DNA of 63,984 bases, filler included, from Pirum gemmata (GCA_002812295.1; 19 parts of 19 records of this genome joined end to end with filler, not necessarily neighbours in it), one strand, 5' to 3'. Numbered from the whole stretch's first letter, positions 49,311 to 62,822 are shown. The notes: generated from the letters alone by a model not told the origin. Translations and numbers: made by a program.

Positions 49311-51230
49311 GTAAGGGATAAACTAAAAGTAATATACAAGGGTTTGGTGAAAGATTTAGTAGGAGAAGGTCATGCTGGTAGAGTAGTTAGCGTTGGTGGT
49401 GGGCAAATTGTAGGCGATGCAGCAAAGCAAGTAGAACTAGCTCATATGTCTTTCATGGAAAATCTTGTGAATAGTATCCATGACAATTTCCCTAAGAATT
49501 GGGAACAATTCCTGGCCGCTACGGGTGGTTGCGAAAATGTCCTTGGAGCAAGACGTAGACGACGAGAGTGTGTAAAATGCGTGTTATTAAACAAATTTGA
49601 CGCGTTTGAATTAGAACAGGAGATGGCAAATAAGGCAAACGTGCATGGAACTGTTTCGGAATACATGAAAGGACCGAGAAATTTTGCTCATGAAGATGTT
49701 AAGCCAGCTATAGTACCAGCACATATTCCTGACCCAAATCGTATCCCAAGTTCTATGGAAAAAGATATAAGGTTTAAATCCAAATTCAAAATTAACCTTG
49801 GTCAGGAAATTAATGGTGAACTTGAAGCCATTGCCAAAGCCAGAGCACTGTATAAACTAGGTGAAATAGGTAGTTTTGAAATGGTTTTAGCATTTGGTGG
49901 TATTGGTGTGATTGCTGGAGGATTAATCCTGGATGCTGTTACTATCCGGGATGAGTTTGGGAAACGCAAAGTCGCATGTGAATACAAAGATAAAAAAGGA
50001 CGTACTATGGTTCTTAAAAAAGCAGAATGTGAAATACAAACAATTAAGCTTGTTAAAGCTTTTGGTTTCCCTCCTGTATGTTTCGCCGCGGGCTATTTTA
50101 ATGTTGGCCTTGGTTTAGGCTGTGGGTTGATGAATGCATTTGTGAGTATAGCTTTTGAATTAATACCGAAACCATCATGGAAAATTAATAATCTGGTGAA
50201 TGAGCACAGAGAAGGAAATTGTTGGGAAGATTACGGTGTTGTAGGCATGGGCGTAAAGTATAATAATATACAGGTCATTACCGAAAGAGTTAATGATGTT
50301 GATCACAAATGGAATTATAAGTTCTATTATTTCGACGATATGACTAGTGAAGATCAAAAGGCTTGTGATATAATGTATTATTATTTTCGTGGGACACAAT
50401 GCTCTAAGTGCCAAGAAAAAATGAATTTTCTTACTGATCCTAATAGCAACCAGATAAGAGAAGAAATACAATATTGCGACAAATATCACAGCATTTTTGA
50501 AAAAGATACACAAAACCGTTTACGTGATATATGTTTTTCTATTTGTTTAGAATCTGATCATCATGTGCCATTTCGTCCAAAGAATTGGGTAATTGAAAAC
50601 GATAGGAAACTTGTAAAACCTCTTGCACAGCCTACAATGCTTGTTAAAGTTCAAGAGATGCTTACAGCACGCGACGGGCATTTTAGTGTTATTTGTGTTA
50701 AAGATCGTAAACATGAAAGAATAATAGGCGAGAATCCTACTCACGTTTTTGTCAAAACGGAAAATAACCAAGAAATTTCTTATTTAAAATACCAAAGACG
50801 TTTTCAATTCGATAACAAAGTTCAAACTACACATGTCGAGGATGAAAAGTTAATGACAATTCAGCCTTACGTCATGGGATTAAAAGAACATGGGCTTTTT
50901 GTAGCCCCGTTCGCGAAAGGTAGACATTTTAAATTTCGGCTTCAAAGCCCAGGTATAGAGAGAAACACAGCTGAAGTGGATTATAAGGGGAACTGTAAAA
51001 TTTACAAGAAACACGAACCAGATTGCAATGCTTTCGAAGGAATCTTTAACCATAACAAATGTAAAACGAGTTATCGATGGGAAACAGTTAATACTGGAAC
51101 GAAAACCCATACTCAATGCCATCATTATTGTAGATCACAGGTTTCTAAATCAGTTAATTTGGGACGGGTTACATGGGACAGGCTATGTAAAAAATTTAAA
51201 CTTGATAGTGGTCACGAATATAGCATTTAA
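49311..51230 (+). CDS. Hypothetical Cys-containing protein, large terminal exon (5' partial)
   Basis: About 640 complex-composition codons without a stop. There is no ATG at the 5' end, and a probable CAG acceptor lies at 49310 after low-complexity intron-like sequence. Confidence 0.8.
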   Translation, partial: VRDKLKVIYKGLVKDLVGEGHAGRVVSVGGGQIVGDAAKQVELAHMSFMENLVNSIHDNFPKNWEQFLAATGGCENVLGARRRRRECVKCVLLNKFDAFELEQEMANKANVHGTVSEYMKGPRNFAHEDVKPAIVPAHIPDPNRIPSSMEKDIRFKSKFKINLGQEINGELEAIAKARALYKLGEIGSFEMVLAFGGIGVIAGGLILDAVTIRDEFGKRKVACEYKDKKGRTMVLKKAECEIQTIKLVKAFGFPPVCFAAGYFNVGLGLGCGLMNAFVSIAFELIPKPSWKINNLVNEHREGNCWEDYGVVGMGVKYNNIQVITERVNDVDHKWNYKFYYFDDMTSEDQKACDIMYYYFRGTQCSKCQEKMNFLTDPNSNQIREEIQYCDKYHSIFEKDTQNRLRDICFSICLESDHHVPFRPKNWVIENDRKLVKPLAQPTMLVKVQEMLTARDGHFSVICVKDRKHERIIGENPTHVFVKTENNQEISYLKYQRRFQFDNKVQTTHVEDEKLMTIQPYVMGLKEHGLFVAPFAKGRHFKFRLQSPGIERNTAEVDYKGNCKIYKKHEPDCNAFEGIFNHNKCKTSYRWETVNTGTKTHTQCHHYCRSQVSKSVNLGRVTWDRLCKKFKLDSGHEYSI

Positions 51231-51336
51231 AAGTTGGGGGTTAGGGAACTTAGGTTGTATAGCATAGTCGTAGTTGTGAAGGGGTGATTATAAATATTAT
51301 ACATTAAAATAAATTTTACAAATAAATTGAATTATC

Positions 51337-51415
<79 letters not shown>

Positions 51416-51505
51416 TAATAATAATAATAATGAATATAATAATAATAAATATAATCATAATCGTAATCATAATACTAATAATAATACTAATACTAATAAT
51501 AATAC

Positions 51506-51540
<35 letters not shown>

Positions 51541-51810
51541 CTAATGTTAATAATAATACTAATAATAATAATAATACTAATAATAATACTATCCCTAACC
51601 CTGACCCTGACCCTAACCCTAACCCTATCCTTCACCCTAACCTTAACCCTAACACTATACCTATCCTTATCCCTATCCCTATCCCTATCCCTAACCGTAA
51701 CCCTAACACTAACACTAACCCTAACCTTATCCCTATCTCTAACCCTGGCCGTATCCCTAACCCTGACCTTAACCCTAACCCAAACCTTAACCTTAACTCT
51801 AACTCTAACA

Positions 51811-51936
51811 TTAATAACAAAATGCTAATCCGTACATATCAACTTGTCTTAAGCATTCACAAGCTGCAGATAAACCAACATCAATTCTATCTTCAGTCCA
51901 GCTCCATTTTTTACTTTTTACCACAGGAAACGAAAG
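51811..51936 (-). CDS. Possible terminal exon of a convergent gene (41 aa)
   Basis: TTAG| followed by LSFPVVKSKKWSWTEDRIDVGLSAACECLRQVDMYGLAFCY*. It is a coding-like island between microsatellites. Confidence 0.35.
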   Translation of the reverse strand, partial: LSFPVVKSKKWSWTEDRIDVGLSAACECLRQVDMYGLAFCY

Positions 51937-52101
51937 CTAATGATCAAATCAAGTTTTTAAAATAAATAAGTAAAACTTGAATGTGTGTATTACTTTATAT
52001 TTATATAAACAAACATTTTAAAATGCAACATGACAAATGAAGGAATGAATGAAGAAATGAATGAATACTAGTTGCCTGGAATATGTACATGTGTGCTGTG
52101 T

Positions 52102-52148
<47 letters not shown>

Positions 52149-53007
52149 TGTTTGTGNNNNNNNNNNNNNNNNNNNNNNNNNNNNNNNNNNNNNNNNNNNN
52201 TTAATTAATTAANNNNNNNNNNNNNNNNNNNNNNNNNNNNNNNNNNNNNNNNNNNNTAATAATAATAATAATAATAATAATATAAAAGAAATATCGGATA
52301 ACTATTGATGCCATAAATAAAAATAATAATTCTATGTTATGTTATGAGCTATGATTATACAATTTTCCGAATTTCTGAATAGTTAAATATAATACTATAA
52401 CACATTATAACCATGAGGTGTTATGATATAACACTACTGGCACTGCAACTACTGTTGAACTATCATACACTCTTATCATTTATTCTCAGATCATTTATTG
52501 TCTACAATAGGTAGACTGGGGTCTACGACTATATACTAGCGACTAGTCTATATAAAACTTTGTAGACTAGCTAGGAGAGCTAGTCTAGTTTCTAACTTTG
52601 TCTATTTCAACTCTCTCAATCTTTAATTTGGTACTGTTTAGTTGTATAATTGAACTTGTTTATAAAATAAAATATTAATTATAAAATACCAAATTAATTA
52701 AAACATGTCTGATAGTTTAAAAATAATAATACTTTGGTACGTTTATTTCAGTTTTTGAACTGGATAACTATTTCAATGCAGTTGTCCTCTCAATCTTTAA
52801 TTTGGTACTTTTTAAGTGTATAATTGAACTTGTTTATAAAATACAACATTACTGATAAAATACCAAATTAATTAAAACATGTCCGATAGTTTAGCCATAA
52901 TAATAATTTGGTACATTTATTTCAGCTTTTGATTTCAGTTTTTGAATTAGCTAGTAGAGCATGGGTCTGGAGCATGGGTAGTCTAGCTAGAGTGGGTAGA
53001 GTAGACT

Positions 53008-53382
53008 ATGTCAAATCCGACTTTTCCATATATAGCAGTATCGTTTTAAACTACCCCTGTGAGAGCTTACCTTTTTTTTTTTTAGTCGGATCGATGCAGA
53101 AAAAGAATCTGAATCGTATTATGTTACTATTATGTTATTATTTTTTTTTTATTTTTCATATTTGTCGAGTAATTTGAGTGGGGGTCGGGATTTTTTTGGG
53201 TTGGACCGACCGAAAATCCCGACTCAAATTACTCGACAAATATGAAAAATAAAAAAAAAATAATAACATAATACGATTCGGATTCTTTTTCTGCATCGAT
53301 CCGACTAAAAAAAAAAAAAGGTAAGCTCGTAGTTTAAAAAACGATACTGCTATATATGGAAAATTCGGATTTGACATCCCTG
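53008..53382. mobile_element. Near-perfect ~370-bp palindromic MITE (hAT-like terminus CAGGGATGTC)
   Basis: 53008-~53195 is the reverse complement of ~53210-53377 with few indels. The right end reads GATTTGACATCCCTG. Confidence 0.8.
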
Positions 53383-53502
53383 CTCGGAGTCTGAAAGTAC
53401 TGAAAGTCTTCAATTTTCGCCGCCGATCGCCCCGATCGGAGCGCTCCGATTGTCCCACAAAAATAAAAAATGCACAAAACTTTTGCGAATCACAAGGTCA
53501 AA

Positions 53503-54225
53503 CCGCTCCAGAAATTCCAAATCGTTGTACTCTGTAGGAGTCTGTACTCTGTAGTAGTGAGTGAGTCTGTACTTGTATAAAATAAAATATAATAATAATA
53601 AATATAAAATATAATATAATAATAAAATATATAATAAATATTTATTAATAATAAACTATCAAAGTACACTGGAAGTACACTGGAAGTACAATCAGTAATT
53701 GTTTCTCGTTTATTATATAATAATAAGCATATAAAACACATAATAAATGTTACTATTTGCATTGTACTTAAATCATTCCTGTATTTTAACAATAAAATAA
53801 AAAAGTAAAATTATATTCAACTTTATGAAAATCGCATTCAAAATCGTTCCAGAAAATCAAAATCTTGGTGTACTCTGTACTCTGTACTCGATAATAAAAT
53901 ATAATAATAAATACAATAATTATTAATTAATATATATAATAAACTATATAATAAATATATAATAAACTATCAAAGTACACTGGAAGTACACTGGAAGTAC
54001 ATTCAGTAATTGTTACTCGTTTATTATATAATAAATATATATAATAAACATATAAAACATACAATAAATGTATTACTTTTTGCATTGTACTTAATTCATA
54101 CCTGTAATAACAATAAAATAAAAAAGTAAAATTACATTCAACTTTATGAAAATCGCATTCAAAACCGTTCCAGAAAATCTAAATCGTTGTGTACTCTGTA
54201 CTCTATAATATTATCTGTACTCGGT
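53503..54225. repeat. Tandem repeat, ~2.2 copies of ~330 bp
   Basis: AAAGTACACTGGAAGTACACTGGAAGTACA and AACTTTATGAAAATCGCATTCAAAA each occur twice. Confidence 0.85.
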
Positions 54226-54460
54226 AATATAATATTAATACATTATATTATTATTATTACCATTATATTATATCAATAACGTTAACATTATCATTAACAT
54301 TAACATTAACATTAACATTAACATTAACATTAACATTACCATTACCATTAACATTACCATTAACATTAACATTAACATTAACATTAAAATTTTAATATTA
54401 ATTAACATTAACATTAACATTAACATTAATATTAATATTAACATTTTAACATTAACATTN

Positions 54461-54511
<51 letters not shown>

Positions 54512-54653
54512 AAATTGTTAAAAATTAAAACACAATATTGTTTACAAAGTATAGTCCACTTTGAACTTTTTTTAAAAAATTATTTTTCTGATTTTAGTTT
54601 TATGGTTTCCTTTTTATTATTGTTTTTTTTTTAAAAAAATAAATATATTATAC

Positions 54654-54706
<53 letters not shown>

Positions 54707-55074
54707 GCACGTCGCTAACGTTTTCGAGCATTATATAAGCTCGAAAATAGGTAATTGATCCATTTGGCTCGAAAAAAAAGGGTCAAATCGCGCAAATCTT
54801 TTATATACCTGAAATTTCGCGCATTTTTCGGCCTATTGAACACATATCTAAGCCCTTCAATCATCACCATCTTATTAACTTATGCCCCTCACATTCTAAT
54901 CACATTACAAAAACGTCCAAAAGGGTCGAAAAATCAAACTTTTGCGCTGGACCAATTGTCGACCCCTATACTAAATCAAAAAATTGGTTGGCGAATTATC
55001 ATATACGTAACACGTTACCTCACACTCCTCCAGGGCCCTCCTAACCCTCCTAACCCTCAAAAAACAGAAGAAAT

Positions 55075-57128
55075 AAATTTTGTGTAGCGAGATAGGAAGT
55101 TGTGTAGCGAGGTAGCGAGCAAATAGTTGTAGTTTGACTTTGTAATTTCGAGCTGTAGATTAGTTCGAACATGTGAAAATTATTCTGATCAAATAATTTT
55201 CAATAGTGTTTGAACTTTGAAATGTATCAAGCTCTCATATGGGTTTTTCTTATTTCTGTTGTACTACTGTTTTTGTAACAATTGACGTAATTGTTTTTTT
55301 AATAATAGTATCGATAATAGATTAAAATTAAAGTGTACTTGTTATTAATCTATAGAATAATTTATTTATAATAATAAGTGTAAAAATAACAGTATCTATG
55401 TCAAGTGTGTAACATATGCTATAAATTAAATTAAGTAAATAATTAAGTAAATAATATGCCAAGTGTGAAGCATATATAAACAAGTGTAAAATAACAGTAT
55501 CTATGTCAAGTGTGTAACATATGCTGTAAATTAAATCAAGTAAATAATATGCCAAGTGTGAAGCATATACAAATAAGTGTAAAATAACAGTATCTATGTT
55601 AAGTGTGTAACATATGCTGTAAATTAAATCAAGTAAATAATATGCCAAGTGTGAAGCATATATAAGTAAGTGTAAAATAACAGTATCTATGTCAAGTGTG
55701 TAACATATGCTGTAAATTAAATTAAGTAAATAATGTGACACGTGTGAAGCACATATAAATAAGTGTATAGGTAACTGGCCGCCTAGTGAAGGACATAGAC
55801 TCAAAGAAAGTCAAGGTATAAATAATAAGTGTACTTAAGTATAAACTGAATGTATAAATTGAATGTATGAACTGAATGTATGAATTGAATCGAATGTAAT
55901 GTTGGTTGTAGTAGACTTGTATGGTTGTAGTTGTAAATGTAGTATTAATAGTTTGTGTTGTGGTATTGAATGTTGACAGTGTAGTTGTAGTATTAATAGT
56001 TTGTGTTGTGGTATTGAATGTTGACAGTGTGGTTGTATTGATAGTATTAATATTAATAGTTTGTGTTGTGGTATTGAGTGTTGACAGTGTGGTTGTAGTA
56101 TTAATAGTTTGTGTTGTGGTATTGAATGTCGACAGCGTAGTTGTAGTATTAATAGTTTGTGTTGTAGAATATCAAATGTAGTGATAATGGTTGTAGTTGC
56201 AATATCGTTGTAATAGAGCGGTAGGGTTAGTGATTGTAAGAAAATAATGAATAATTGAATATAGATTGATTTAATGATTGTAAGAATAATGAATAATTGA
56301 ATAATGAATAATTGAATGATTGTAAAAGTAATGAATAATAGAATTAATGATTAATATTGACTGTATGTTTTAATTAAGTATTGATTATAATAATAATAAT
56401 AACTGTACTTATTATTATTATGTATTGTTGAATCGTCTATCAAGAGTGAATAGTCTATCAAGTGTGAAGTTGTGAACGGAGTGATAGTGGTAAAGTCTAT
56501 GGTAATGGAATAGTATAAATAGAGTAAGAAAATTGAAAAGTAGAAAAAAGCCTCTTGAAAATTGTTTGTAAATGGTTAAAAAACGTTCTTTGTTGTAAAT
56601 TCAATTTATACATTCAGTTTATACTTAAGTATTAATACACTTATTATTTATACCTTGACTTTCTTTGAGTCTATGACCTTCCCTAGCTAGGCGGCCTGTT
56701 ACCTATAGCAATAATACACTTATTTATATATGCTTCACACTGTTATTTACTTAATTTAATTTACAGCATAATATTATGTTACACACTTGACATACATACT
56801 GTTCTTTTACATTTATTATTATAAATAAATTATTCTACAGGCTATTAACAAGTACACCACTTAATTAATAATTTTAAAATCTATTATTATACTATTATTA
56901 AAAACAATCACGTCAATTGTTACAAAAACAGTATCATAGTACAACAGAAATAAGAACCCCTATGTGAGCTTGATACATTTCAAACACTAGTCTTAGTCTA
57001 TTGAAAATTATTTGATCAGAATAATTTTCACATGTTCGAACTAATCTACAGCTCCAAACTACAAAGTCAAACTACAACAATTTGCTCATTACCTCGTTAC
57101 ACAACTCCCTGTCTACAACACAAAATAA
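55075..57128. mobile_element. ~2-kb foldback-type element with long TIRs containing a 93-bp tandem unit
   Basis: About 55075-55864 is the inverted copy of about 56599-57128. The left arm has ~4 copies of a 93-bp unit (55375-55770) and the right arm has one. The spacer holds a minisatellite (55920-56180). Confidence 0.75.
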
Positions 57129-58287
57129 ATCAGCTTTGACTTTTTGGTCATTTTACCAGGATTAACCACCCATATATGCTAGATAGCATTATATTTTCCC
57201 CACAGTATACTGTTCACAGCTAAGTATGTATAGCTAAAGAGTAAAAATGATAATAACTCCAATGGCCATAATTCGTTGGGTATTTCAAGAGTAGAAGAGT
57301 AAAAATATACCTTGTTGTAAAGGGCAATACTTTAAGGGTAGAAGTACCAGGATTAACCAATAACCACCCATATGCTAGATAGCATTATATTTTTCCCACA
57401 GCTATAGTATATGTTATATAGTATTACTTTATTCTGAGAAATTATTACTATATACGAAATCATATATTTAATATTAGTTAAAAGTTTTTTTTTACAGTAT
57501 ATATAGCTAAAGTGTAAAAATGAAAATAATTCCAATGGCCATAATTCGCTGGGTATTTCAAGAGTAGAAGAGNNNNNNNNNNNNNNNNNNNNNNNNNNNN
57601 NNNNNNNNNNNNNNNNTTAATTAATTAANNNNNNNNNNNNNNNNNNNNNNNNNNNNNNNNNNNNNNNNNNNNATGACAAATTTTAGGCCTCAAAATTTTA
57701 AAAATGACGTCAAAAAAATGTATAGAAATATGAATACATACAGAGGTGTAAAATACGTAATAGTTCCATATTATTAGTACTCGCATGTGGCACTCCAAAA
57801 CAACACTCCATAATATCTTTAGTCACTCTCAAAAGGTGATTACGTCATTTTTAAAAGAGGTCATCCAGTTCAAAAACTGAAATAAAGATACCAAATTATC
57901 ATTATGGTTTAGCTATTAGGCATGTTTTAATTAATTTGGTATTTTATATGTAATGTTTCATTTTATAAAAAAGTCCAATCATACACTTAAACAGTACTAG
58001 AAAATCTTCCAGAAATCTTCCACAAAAATCTTCATGAAATCTTGTTGGGGTCCAAAAACTGTCCAAAATCTGTCCAAAATCTGATGTCCCCAAAATCTTG
58101 TCTTATGTTTTAAAAAATGTGTATAAAAAGATAAAAACAAAAAAAATTACAACGAAAAAATTAACAAAAAAATCAAAACCAAAAGAACTGAAATATTCAA
58201 ATAGTAGACTATATATATTTTTTAGAAATAATTCAAATAAAAAAGACTTTCATCCTTTTATACTACTATCGATAATAAGAACCAAAA

Positions 58288-59193
58288 ATGCCTGTTTCTC
58301 TAAACCCAAAAAACAGAGTTTTACCTATGGGTGTTGATCTAAACTTAAAAGAAGGAATGAAACCTTCTGATGTTGATGCTAACACTGTTGTTCACGAAGT
58401 AATAGAACAAAAAGAAAATCAGCCACCACAACAACAACCACAAGAGGAGGAATTTAAAGTTGCTCCACGCCCTGCACCAGAACCTGCTTCTGCAGCTACA
58501 CAAGAACAAGAAGTTACAGAACAAACAGAGACAACAACAGAGAAAGTTTTATATCCAAACTTTGAAGAGGAAAAACCGCAAGAAAAACAAGAAGTTGTAT
58601 ACGAAGAAATAGTAGAAAAACAACCAGAACCAGAATTAGAACAAAAAGAAGTACCCGTAGTTTTAACTGAACCAAACCCAGAACAAGCCGAAGTAGATCT
58701 AGAAAAAGAAACAACAGCAGAACAAGAACAAGAACAAGAACAAGAACAAGAACAAGAACAAGAACAAGAACAAGAACAAGAACAAGAACCTGAGCAAGTT
58801 GTAGAACAATTGGAACACGAGCCACAACAGGAAGAAGATACCCAAGAGGTACAAGCAGAAGATGGAGAAGCCACCTCTAATCACGACTATACATTTTCAG
58901 ACTCTTTTCCAGACTTTGAAACATTTTGTGCCATGAAAAAACAGTATTTAACTTTATCAAGAAAAGTAATGACGCCAACTGATCCTGTTGATGTGGAATT
59001 AACAAACATTGTGACTGATAAGAATTTGGATTCTGCTCTTATTGAAACTAGAAAGAAAGTACAAGCTCAAAAAAACACAAAAGAATTATTCAAAAAAGTA
59101 AGCGATGATAGAAATGATGAAGTTCGAAAAACTGAAAAGTTGTTAGCTGGTTTAGAAGCCGAGGCTTTAAAAGACATTAAGCTAAGAGAAAAG
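58288..59193 (+). CDS. Hypothetical Glu/Gln-rich protein, first exon (3' partial)
   Basis: 302 codons from the ATG, with (EQ)n repeats and a coiled-coil-like C-terminal part. It ends at an AAG|GTAATT donor. Confidence 0.75.
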
Positions 59194-59643
59194 GTAATTT
59201 TTTAAAAAATTATTATTTATTTATTTATTTATTTATTTATAAAATTTATATTATATTAATATTGATATTGATATTGATACTAGATATTGATAGTAAGCTA
59301 TTAACAAAAACAACACTAACAATTAATATGACAATAATAATACCAACAATAATTATTAAAATATCAATAATGATACTTACAATAATAATTAATAGTTATA
59401 ATAATTATTATTATATTAAAACAACAATTAAGATAATAATGATAATTATATTAATAATAATTAAAATAATAATAATAATTAATAATAATTAAATTAATAA
59501 CAATAATAATGATAAAAATACTAAAATAGTAGTAATAATCGATAAGAATAACTAACTATAGTAACAATAACAATAATAATAATAATAAACAAAAATATCA
59601 ATAACCTCAACCAAAACAACAACGAAAAACGTCAAGGGAAAGC

Positions 59644-59704
<61 letters not shown>

Positions 59705-60754
59705 CTACTAATAATAATACTAAAAATAAAAATAATAATAATAATAATAATAGTAAGGATAATAATAATAATAATAATAAAAATAATAATAATAAGGATA
59801 ATAATAAGGATAATAATAAGGATAATAATAAGGATAATAATAATAATAATAATAATGATAATAATAATGATAACAATAATGATAATAATAAAGATAAAAA
59901 CAATGATAATAACAATGATAATAATAATAATAATAATTAGCTATAATGATAATGAAAATCATAATTTTTTTTATTTTAAATTCTAATTATAAATATGAAA
60001 AGTCTACGGTTTTGTATTTTGATGGTCAAAGTTCGAAAACTGAATATTTAAAAACTACCAAATTATATTTTCAGTAAACTTATTTGACCTTTTTTAACTT
60101 TTTTGGCAGTTGTTAAGTAATAATACTGTTTTTATTAACAGCGCTCGATTAGTCTAAATAATACCAAACTAAAGACTAGAAATCTTTTTTTTTTAGATTT
60201 TTTTTCTAAAAACATTTAATGTTAACTAGCCAAATAATGTTTTAAAACTAACCATTGGTTCATACTAGAGTTTATGTAGTTAAACTATTTCTGACATTTT
60301 GGTAGTAGTTATTATTAAATTGCACTTTTTTGAGATTGCTTGGATTTTTGAGCTCATATGGCGGATGTCGCCATTTTTATCTAGCCATTTTTTTCCGCTT
60401 GGTAAAAAAAATTCCTGTTTTCCTTTATAAAAAAAGGGTTAGCGTTAGGTTACAGTAATATTATATAAGTTGCAATTTGTTGACTTGTTTTATAATACTT
60501 TGGTTTAAGATGATTTGATTTAATCAGTTGGTTTTGACTTGTTGTACTTTTCATAATGTCACCGTAATCACTACTACTAGTTTACCTGGTAGTCATGCAA
60601 AAAAGTTGACACGAAGGGTTAAACTGAGAGTAAAAGTTTACAAGGTATCGTAAGTAAAATGAAGAAATCTTTTTTATAAATAAATAAATAGTAGAATTAT
60701 TTGTCACCCCAGGTTCAGTATACGTGTGTGTGTGTGTGCGTGTGTGTGAGTGTG

Positions 60755-60791
<37 letters not shown>

Positions 60792-60891
60792 NNNNNNNNN
60801 NNNNNNNNNNNNNNNNNNNNNNNNNNNNNNNNNNNTTAATTAATTAANNNNNNNNNNNNNNNNNNNNNNNNNNNNNNNNNNNNNNNNNNNN

Positions 60892-61421
60892 TGTACACTA
60901 TACCATTCCCATCTTAAGACACAATCCTCACACTCTGGAACTCCTTCAGGTACAGTAAAAGTCTTTGAAATGTATTGTTTATTAGGCGGACCTCTTCCAT
61001 CAGGAGCCCCGCAACCAGGATATTCAAATATTTTAAACCACTTCGAAGGGGAAGCTTGACGTTCTTGTTTAGGGTCACTTAAGTACAAAAAACAATCCCC
61101 GGGGTGATTAGCTTCAAATCTAAAAGTAAAAGTAAAGTCTTCTCCAGCACGAAGAGTTTGTCTTTGTGGTGATTTTTCTGTTTGCCCACGACAACGGAAA
61201 TCTGTCATACCCCAAGGCGTTGGTTGCCCATAATCCGCATAATGTGGACCGTTGATAGCACCAAAAGTGTCATAAATTGGAACTGTATTGCCGTAAGAGA
61301 CTGATTTGCCAAATTTATCAGGGCGAGGTTTGGGGAAGGTCATCTGGCCATGACCATTGACTTGATTACTAGCACTAAGAAACAATGCCACAGCTGTAAG
61401 AAAAGCAGAAAATTGACACAT
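60892..61421 (-). CDS. Secreted lytic polysaccharide monooxygenase-like protein (3' truncated by scaffold end)
   Basis: ATG at 61421. Signal peptide MCQFSAFLTAVALFLSASNQVNG is followed by the mature N-terminal His (HGQMTFPKPR), a second His in ANHPGDC, and CEDCVLRWEW. Confidence 0.88.
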
Positions 61422-62026
61422 GCTCAATTATAGAAAATAGTTTTTTTTTTTATTATTATTATTATTTACTATTATTATTATTAATAGTTATTGTGATTGT
61501 TATTGTTCTTATTGTTATTGTTATTGTTGTTTTTGTTTATTTTTTTAATTTTTGTAGAATTTTTAGCTTCTTATATATGCTTGTATTGATACATTGCAAA
61601 CTGATATTTTGTGTATATGTGTACACAAATGTGCTTGTTAATTTGTTAAAGTCGAACTAACACTGAACTAACCCACAAAAAGAACTTCCTCAAATATTAT
61701 ATTTATATAATATATATAGCAAAGTGATAACCTTAGCTCATACAAACTTTATAGGTGCGTTTTATCTAAATAAAGAGCTATTTGGCAAATATGTACACCC
61801 TTAAAAAATAGTAACATTTTACAGATGGTCATTTTTTAAAAAGTATGATAATAAATTTCTAACTCTCTTAGCATTTTCAATTTTGATAGAATTAACAATT
61901 AGTTTCACTTTGCCCTCGCCGAGACCTAGCTAGAGTGTGTATAATGTATTAGGTTAGTGACCACTGACCATAGGCGGGCACTTTTAACCAATCCACGAAA
62001 AAAAAAAAATAACAATAATAATAAAA

Positions 62027-62062
<36 letters not shown>

Positions 62063-62822
62063 GAAATAAAATGTAAATAAATAAAAAATAATAATAATAA
62101 TAAGTAAGATATATAATATAATATTATTAGAAATCTATAATATAATAAATATAAGTAATATTTATATCATTAATATCATTAATAGTAATAGAACTATATA
62201 TAATCATATACATCATCATTTTCATTATTTTCATCATTTTCATTATTTTCATTATTTTCATTATTTTCATTATCGTCATTATCGTCATTATCGTCATTAT
62301 CGTCATTATCATTATCATCATTATCATCATTATCAATATATATTAGTTAATTTTACAATTCCTGGGAAATAGATATTATTTTCATTATTTATCTTTTCAT
62401 AAATTCCACTGAAATTTAGTGCTATTTAACAACATTTATATATAGCTATAAATAGTAACATAATATTTATAATAGTAATATTATTAAAGGGAATAGTAAC
62501 GACTTCTTCACAATAGCCATTAATATTTTTTAAAAGTAGTAGAACTAGTCTTTATAATTGTACACAGTATGATAGAGAAGTTATATCGTATTTTTAAATC
62601 AACACATAGATAATAAAATATACGAAATTGAATTAAAAATGGTATTATACTGGTATTATATTATATTTATTTGGTACTCTTTATTGTATATTTTATTATG
62701 ACAAAATAACTGAAAACCACTATCTATATATTACTACTTATTCAATATCATAGCCAAAAAGCTCTAGCTTGCTTATTCATACAGTATATAAAAAAAGGAG
62801 AAGCAGTAGGTTACAGTTGTGA

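Noticed and set aside
55328..56181. Repetitive ORFs 55328-55804 and 55921-56181
   Set aside because: They are products of 93-bp and ~45-bp tandem repeats inside the foldback element.
3199..60847. Regularly spaced TTAATTAATTAA as a CRISPR-like or programmed-rearrangement signal
   Set aside because: The periodic copies are each embedded in exactly 44+44 N, which marks an artificial six-frame stop linker.
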